NCBI RefSeq assembly: GCF_900083515.1
Contig: NZ_LT671858.1
Location: forward strand, 1,320,001-1,352,000
Source of the DNA: Cuniculiplasma divulgatum
GTDB lineage: Archaea > Thermoplasmatota > Thermoplasmata > Thermoplasmatales > Thermoplasmataceae
Direction of reading: 5' to 3'
Length of the DNA: 32,000 nucleotides
Position numbers and translations under genes: made by a program. The notes under the pieces are model-generated. The model was given only the letters and a program-made list of their open reading frames with translations. It made no database searches and was not told where the DNA came from. Shown one piece after another: positions 27,120 to 32,000 of this stretch. Position 1 is the first letter of the stretch. Each line of letters opens with the position of its first letter.

Positions 27120-27191
27120 GTAACATTGAATTGGACTTTATACAAAGTCTTTTTTGATCTTTTTCAATTTCTAACCATTTTTCACATTTCC

Positions 27192-27893
27192 CTATTGTCC
27201 CAGGAATTTCATAGCAAATCTAAGCAAAAATGGTATCTTTCTCTTCATAACTACTGGGTCAGATTTTTCCCCCAATTCATTTTTTATAGATTCTATTATC
27301 TTCCCATAACTGTCAACTTGATCAATTAGGCTCAGTTTTTCTGCCTCCTTTGCAGCGTAAATTCCGCTGTTACCAACCTCAGAAGCCTGTTCATCACTTA
27401 GATGCCTCCTTTCCTTTACAATTGTCATGAAGAAGTCATAGATTTCAGACAGGATCACATTCTGTCTTAGAAGATCTTCTTCGGTAGATTTTTGAAATGG
27501 GTTCATAGATGCTTTTTCTCTTCCCTTGCTTAGCACATTTACCTTCACACCTATTTTATCAAGTAGTTCACTCACATCAGGAGACATGGAAATCACTCCA
27601 ACCGAACCAATGAGTCCTGTGTGAATGGAGTATATTTTTCTTGTTGCACATGCAATCATATATGCCCCTGAAGCTGCAGTACCCGTAACCACGGAAAAAA
27701 CGGGTTTATTTTCATTGAGGTGGCTCACTGCTTCATAAATAAGCTCTGATGCGCTTGCGCTTCCACCTCCTGAGTTGATGTCGAGAATCACCCCTTTTAC
27801 ATTTTTATTTCTAAGTGAAGCATCCAGCTGCGATTTTATACCAGCAAAGGTATTTTCTCCAATTGTTCCACGTAAATTAATGGTTATTATCAT
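27192..27893 (-). CDS. sppA: Signal peptide peptidase SppA (S49 family, short 36K-type)
   Basis: 233 aa with VILDINSGGGSASASE, a nucleophile region GTAASGAYMIA and GSVGV. No oligo-T separates it from the downstream MscS gene on the minus strand, so the two are probably co-transcribed. Confidence 0.8.
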   Translation of the reverse strand: MIITINLRGTIGENTFAGIKSQLDASLRNKNVKGVILDINSGGGSASASELIYEAVSHLNENKPVFSVVTGTAASGAYMIACATRKIYSIHTGLIGSVGVISMSPDVSELLDKIGVKVNVLSKGREKASMNPFQKSTEEDLLRQNVILSEIYDFFMTIVKERRHLSDEQASEVGNSGIYAAKEAEKLSLIDQVDSYGKIIESIKNELGEKSDPVVMKRKIPFLLRFAMKFLGQ

Positions 27894-28097
27894 CCACCAA
27901 TGATCGGTATTTCACTATTAATATTCTCTTGATCAAAAATTTAATAAAATATTCATAATGGACAGAAAATAATAATTTCGCCTTTCCTCAAAGAAAATCC
28001 GAAATTTTCTTAAACAATTGATGTAAGTAATTCTAAAAATTATAATACAAAGAAATTATTTCTAACCGTAGAACAGATTAATATAATAGGTGATTAA

Positions 28098-29243
28098 ATG
28101 AAAATTCCTGATAGAGTGGTAATTCTTGGAGACAAGGAATCAGCTGTAATGGCTGCAAATAAGCTTGCAAATCGTACAAACAAGAAAGAAATCGAAATGA
28201 TAGTGATTGGAAAACGTGTCAATGTTGAATTCAGTGATTCCAATATATTCGTTCCCTTCTCTCTGGTGGATCACCATTTATTGAAGAGAAGCATGAATTC
28301 AATGCTGCATACTAATATTGAGTATATTGAAGATGAGATTGTTTCATTAAATATTAAGGATAAAAGTTTGAATACCAGGGGAGGAAAGGTTGTCAGATAT
28401 GATTATCTCCTCATAACAAACCCTGTAGAAGGAGATCACACCACAATTACCGGATTCTCAGAAGATGCAAGAACTCTTGACACCATTCAGGATTCACTAA
28501 GATTGAAAGAAGATCTCCAGAACATTAAAAGCGGAGAGATTGTAGTATATCAGGATGGGACGCATTCCCGAAGCCCTCTTGTTGGGGCTAATCTCTGTGT
28601 ATTGCTCGAGAATCACTTTAAAAGGAATGGAACTGATAAGAACATGAAGATAACTTATCTCAATTCATCCAAAACAATAATAGAAAACAAAAATTTTCAT
28701 GAAAAAATAGATCAGGTCCTGCAGGAAAATGGAATTAAAACTGTGTACGGATTTAAACTGGATCAGTTGAATGTGAAGAATAAGGAACTTCAAACAAGTG
28801 ATGGCACTGCAGTAAAATATGATATTCCAGTTATATTTGCACCCTCCAGAATGAAAAATTATCTGGTTGGTGCTGGTTTTCCCAAGTCAGATAGTTCCCC
28901 AATAGAGATTAACTTCAAAAATCTTAATGTTAAAAACTTCCCTGAAGTCTACATTTCATCCATAGAACCCAAGTACATATCAAACTACTGGAATATAGTC
29001 CATGTTGAGCTTGATTATATCACGGCTAAAATTGCACACTTGATCAGTGGGTATCCTGACCCTGAAGACTATAAGGGTGCAACTTACATTGACTACCTAA
29101 TAACCGATGAAGAGAGGGCTACAAACATAGTAATTGATAACAACGGAGAATATAGTGAAGGAAAACAGAGCAAAACAGATTACTTGCTGAAGTTATACTC
29201 GTACAATTCATTCTTTGGTAGTTATTCACAGGGATTTTTGTGA
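28098..29243 (+). CDS. Sulfide:quinone-oxidoreductase / NDH-2-fold protein with degenerate FAD-binding and no Cys pair (possible pseudoenzyme)
   Basis: 381 aa. The N-terminal beta-alpha-beta RVVILGDKESAVMAANKLANR aligns to the GxGxxG/A region of SQR-like flavoproteins, but the motif reads G-D-K-E-S-A. The usual C-terminal (A/V)-G-D motif position reads EVYISSIEP. There is a single Cys (C167). The C-terminus is aromatic and amphipathic (DYLLKLYSYNSFFGSYSQGFL). A GGTGA Shine-Dalgarno-like element lies 7 nt upstream of the ATG. Confidence 0.55.
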   Translation: MKIPDRVVILGDKESAVMAANKLANRTNKKEIEMIVIGKRVNVEFSDSNIFVPFSLVDHHLLKRSMNSMLHTNIEYIEDEIVSLNIKDKSLNTRGGKVVRYDYLLITNPVEGDHTTITGFSEDARTLDTIQDSLRLKEDLQNIKSGEIVVYQDGTHSRSPLVGANLCVLLENHFKRNGTDKNMKITYLNSSKTIIENKNFHEKIDQVLQENGIKTVYGFKLDQLNVKNKELQTSDGTAVKYDIPVIFAPSRMKNYLVGAGFPKSDSSPIEINFKNLNVKNFPEVYISSIEPKYISNYWNIVHVELDYITAKIAHLISGYPDPEDYKGATYIDYLITDEERATNIVIDNNGEYSEGKQSKTDYLLKLYSYNSFFGSYSQGFL

Positions 29244-29253
29244 GGTGTTAAAC

Positions 29254-29727
29254 ATGGAAAATGAAAAAAATGAAAAAGATCAGGTTGAAATTGCACTGTC
29301 AGAATTAATGGGTGATGACCAAACATTGCTTGGGGTTCTTAATCTTGTTAAGATGTTCAAAGACTCTGGCAATCTGGAAGTCCTGGAGAAGTTGCTCACA
29401 GAAAATATGCCGGGTAATACAAAGGCATACACATCTCTCATAGATAAGAGAGAGCTTCATATGGGTGGAATTTCTCTTGCAAACGCCCTCGTTGCACTAA
29501 TGGCATCTGTTTCAGGTAAGACTTCACAGTCAGTGCTTAATGTCTTATTATATAACAGTGAAGATATATGGGATTCCATGATAGATGGGGCAAAGCAACC
29601 TGAGAACTTCTCTCTGTTAAGATTGATGGGCATGCTTAAGGATCCAGAGGTCGCAGCAGGACTGAGTGCAGTAATGAATGCTTTGAAGACTCTTGGTTCA
29701 CTTTTGAAAAAGGTAGACACTGAATGA
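29254..29727 (+). CDS. DUF1641-domain protein
   Basis: It contains a helical repeat, LLGVLNLVKMFKDSGNLEVLEKLL and LLRLMGMLKDPEVAAGLSAVMNALKTLG, as in DUF1641 proteins that accompany SQR/NDH-2-like genes. I prefer the ATG at 29254, which lies 10 nt after the upstream TGA and is preceded by GAGGTG at 29242-29247. The track ORF's alternative start at 29215 is less likely. Confidence 0.6.
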   Translation: MENEKNEKDQVEIALSELMGDDQTLLGVLNLVKMFKDSGNLEVLEKLLTENMPGNTKAYTSLIDKRELHMGGISLANALVALMASVSGKTSQSVLNVLLYNSEDIWDSMIDGAKQPENFSLLRLMGMLKDPEVAAGLSAVMNALKTLGSLLKKVDTE

Positions 29728-30173
29728 CCCTGTCCATATCTTTTCACTATGATAGGGAGGTTGGATTCAAAAGTGATTCCGCCGAGATGGAAACAGTCTA
29801 TCTCAGGGACCCTATAATAAATAACCCCATGATCTATTCACCAACCGAAACAATGCTATTCGCAATGTCTGGTTGCTCTTCGTATGATGTGGTTTTGATA
29901 ATTTCTAGAATGAGGAAGGAGATTAAAAAATACGGAATGCAGGTAGAGGCAGAGAGGGAGGAAGAGGAACCTAAGGTCCTTAAGAGTGCCAATTTCACAT
30001 ATACCATAGATGCAGAGGTAACAGAAGAGCAGGCTCTAAGGGCCATAAACTTGTCACTGGAAAAGTACTGCAGCGTTACCATATTGGCAAGGAGAGGCGG
30101 TGTCCATGTTACCTACTCCCTGATCCTGAACGGAAAGAAAGTATGTGAAAAACAGGAACCTAAACTGGACTAA
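29724..30173 (+). CDS. OsmC/Ohr-family protein (thiol-dependent peroxidase-like)
   Basis: 149 aa with two conserved-position cysteines, AMSGCSSYDV (C51) and LEKYCSVTILAR (C116). The ATG overlaps the DUF1641 TGA (ATGA at 29724-29727). Confidence 0.75.
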   Translation: MTLSISFHYDREVGFKSDSAEMETVYLRDPIINNPMIYSPTETMLFAMSGCSSYDVVLIISRMRKEIKKYGMQVEAEREEEEPKVLKSANFTYTIDAEVTEEQALRAINLSLEKYCSVTILARRGGVHVTYSLILNGKKVCEKQEPKLD

Positions 30174-31189
30174 AGATTTTTAATTCCGTGTCCAGTAAGT
30201 ATTAGGAGAGAACCTTTTCCTAAATTGAATTTCTTTAACGCAGCATAGGTTATGGCTGAACTGTATTCACAGTCTATTCCAATAGTAAGGAGGTATTGTT
30301 TCGCATCGATAATTTCATTTTCAGAAATCACCTCGCACCTTCCGTAAGTTTTTATTATAGAACTCAGGTGTGAATACCTGAGAGGTACAACCCCTGTTAA
30401 AGCATCAGCAATTGAGGGTTCTGGTTCTCTGTCGATATTGTTCAACTTATTATACATCCCACTGGCTTTTTCTGGCTGAATAGCCCAAAGTGTTGGGATG
30501 GAATCAATCAGTCCATTCTGAAGCAAGTGTGAAAAACCCTCAAATATACCAAGGTATAATGTTCCGGTTGAGAAAGGGATCAGAATATTATCAGGCATAT
30601 GTTCCATTTGTTCATATATTTCGTAGGCAATAACTCTGAACCCGTCGTAAAATTCTGGCCAGTACTGATGACCAAGGTATTTGAGACCACTATTTTTTGC
30701 ACTATTTTCTACGTCTTTTCTCGTTCCGTTTATTCTCTCAGTCTTGGATCCATATCGTTCAATCTGTTTCATCTTATTTTGGTTAGCGGAAGCCGAAGCG
30801 AATACTGTTGCTTTAAGCCCTAACATTTTAGAAAACATTGCGAAAGATGCGCCTGCATTTCCAGAGGAATCCTCACTTACTTCATCTCCCTCGTTAAGGA
30901 ACTTTTTGAAGTTCAAGAATGAAAAGAGAGTGTTCATACCTCTGTCCTTATAAGAAAGTGTTGGATTATAAAATTCTAACTTAGCCTTAAAATTATTGGT
31001 TTCAAGTATTGGCGTTTTTAAATTTAGCGGAATAAGTGGAGTCTCAAAATAATCATAGTTTGAAACCGTATTCTTTTCATATGGACCGGATACTTTTATG
31101 ATGAAAGGTGATCCACAGGTAGTACATACTAGTTCAAAATTTTCTCTTGTAGCACCACACTTACTGCAAAAAACTTTTGTTAAAACCAT
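30170..31189 (-). CDS. thrC: Threonine synthase-like PLP-dependent enzyme (beta-family) with N-terminal zinc ribbon
   Basis: 339 aa. The N-terminal CSKCG...CTTCG zinc ribbon resembles that of archaeal ThrC. The PLP-lysine motif is FYNPTLSYKDRG, followed by a glycine-rich SSGNAGASFA. It is short for ThrC, so the exact specificity is uncertain. Confidence 0.6.
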   Translation of the reverse strand: MVLTKVFCSKCGATRENFELVCTTCGSPFIIKVSGPYEKNTVSNYDYFETPLIPLNLKTPILETNNFKAKLEFYNPTLSYKDRGMNTLFSFLNFKKFLNEGDEVSEDSSGNAGASFAMFSKMLGLKATVFASASANQNKMKQIERYGSKTERINGTRKDVENSAKNSGLKYLGHQYWPEFYDGFRVIAYEIYEQMEHMPDNILIPFSTGTLYLGIFEGFSHLLQNGLIDSIPTLWAIQPEKASGMYNKLNNIDREPEPSIADALTGVVPLRYSHLSSIIKTYGRCEVISENEIIDAKQYLLTIGIDCEYSSAITYAALKKFNLGKGSLLILTGHGIKNL

Positions 31190-31229
31190 AGGTCTATATG
31201 GTGAGTAATTTTAAAAATTTATATAAAAA

Positions 31230-32000
31230 TTAGAGGGAAGAGTAATAGTCTTCGTTATATGGTTCTGGCTTCAGGCCCTTCCTTGTTCTGATCTTTGAAA
31301 CAACTTCCTTCTGTATCTCTGGAGGTACTTTTTGATAACCTGAGTTCTCTGAACTCCATAGAACCTTACCACCAGTAGCACTTCTAATAGCAGATGCAAA
31401 CCCAAACATGCCCGAAACTGGTACTCTAGCAACGATTACAATATCATCGCCCTCGATATTCATTTCGTCAACTACTCCCCTTCTCTGCTGAATTTCGTTA
31501 GTAACTGACCCCATGATATCCTGTGGTACATTTATGTAGACTTTCTGAATAGGCTCCATCAATACTCTCCTGGCCTGACAGATTGCCCCATAAAGTGAGT
31601 TTCTACCAGCAGGAATTACCTGTGCAGGACCTCTGTGAATACTATCCTCGTGTAACTTTGCATCGACTAGAGATGCTTTTATATGAGTCATTCCTTCATT
31701 CGCCAGTGGCCCTCTTTCCACAACCTCTTTAAACGATTCCAGAAGCAGTTCCATGGTTTCATCTAGATACTGAATTCCCTTTGTCACATCAAACATTACA
31801 TTTTCTCCCATTACTGCGGTTATTCCTCTTGCAGTATCCCTATCAATTCCTGCATTCTGTAACTGTTCAATTGTGGCCCTCTTATCCTTGAACTTTGAAC
31901 CCTGTGGTAAAACACCATCTTTGATTAACTGAACCACACTTTCCTCCAGTGGCTCTACCTTGAAGTAGAATTTATTATGCTTATTTGGTGATTTTCCCTC
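31230..32000 (-). CDS. fusA: Translation elongation factor 2 (aEF-2), C-terminal part; the N-terminus lies beyond the right edge
   Basis: The reading frame stays open upstream of the track's GTG (31937) to nt 32000 (EGKSPNKHNKFYFKVEPLEESVVQLIKDG...). The diphthamide-His motif HEDSIHRGPAQV is present and the C-terminal domains IV/V are typical. Confidence 0.95.
   Translation of the reverse strand, partial: EGKSPNKHNKFYFKVEPLEESVVQLIKDGVLPQGSKFKDKRATIEQLQNAGIDRDTARGITAVMGENVMFDVTKGIQYLDETMELLLESFKEVVERGPLANEGMTHIKASLVDAKLHEDSIHRGPAQVIPAGRNSLYGAICQARRVLMEPIQKVYINVPQDIMGSVTNEIQQRRGVVDEMNIEGDDIVIVARVPVSGMFGFASAIRSATGGKVLWSSENSGYQKVPPEIQKEVVSKIRTRKGLKPEPYNEDYYSSL

Noticed and set aside
27133-27155. 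GGACTTT-atac-AAAGTC hairpin followed by T6, which looks like an intrinsic terminator
   Set aside because: It reads as hairpin plus T-run only on the plus strand, while both flanking genes (SppA, MscS) are on the minus strand. The stem is only 6 bp. At best it blocks antisense transcription.
1-32000. CRISPR arrays, IS elements or transposases, integrases, restriction-modification, toxin-antitoxin or other known defence modules
   Set aside because: I saw no regularly spaced direct repeats and no ORF with transposase, integrase, nuclease or defence-type motifs. I therefore do not claim a defence island in this window.

Overview
This window looks like a densely coded core chromosomal segment of an AT-rich Thermoplasmatales-like archaeon. 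The best taxonomic clue is a CDC48/VAT ATPase whose N-domain and both AAA modules closely resemble what I recall of Thermoplasma acidophilum VAT. Supporting clues are a two-subunit 2-oxoacid:ferredoxin oxidoreductase, class V FBP aldolase/phosphatase, aRF1, aEF-2, Rpo11, L40e and an archaeal-type tRNA-Glu. I support 35 protein genes and 1 tRNA. Two of the protein genes are absent from the supplied ORF track: a thiolase-fold gene running off the left edge and a 49-aa ribosomal protein L40e. I see no CRISPR array, transposase, integrase, or recognisable defence or toxin-antitoxin module, so most of the window is ordinary housekeeping. The items most worth a second look are these. (1) A translationally coupled three-gene operon: an SQR-fold protein with degenerate FAD and Cys motifs, a DUF1641 protein and an OsmC-like protein (28098-30173). 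(2) An hsp20 plus winged-helix regulator operon preceded by a perfect TTGTCAAC-N5-GTTGACAA palindrome that shares its AAC-N5-GTT core with the Phr/HSR1 heat-shock operators of other Euryarchaeota (23653-24839). (3) A thiolase-fold protein whose nucleophile cysteine position is glycine (1-1245). (4) An AT-rich orphan 350-aa gene plus 360 bp of non-coding DNA just 3' of tRNA-Glu (7620-9088). All family assignments come from motif recognition by eye. No database search was possible, so they need HMM/BLAST confirmation.
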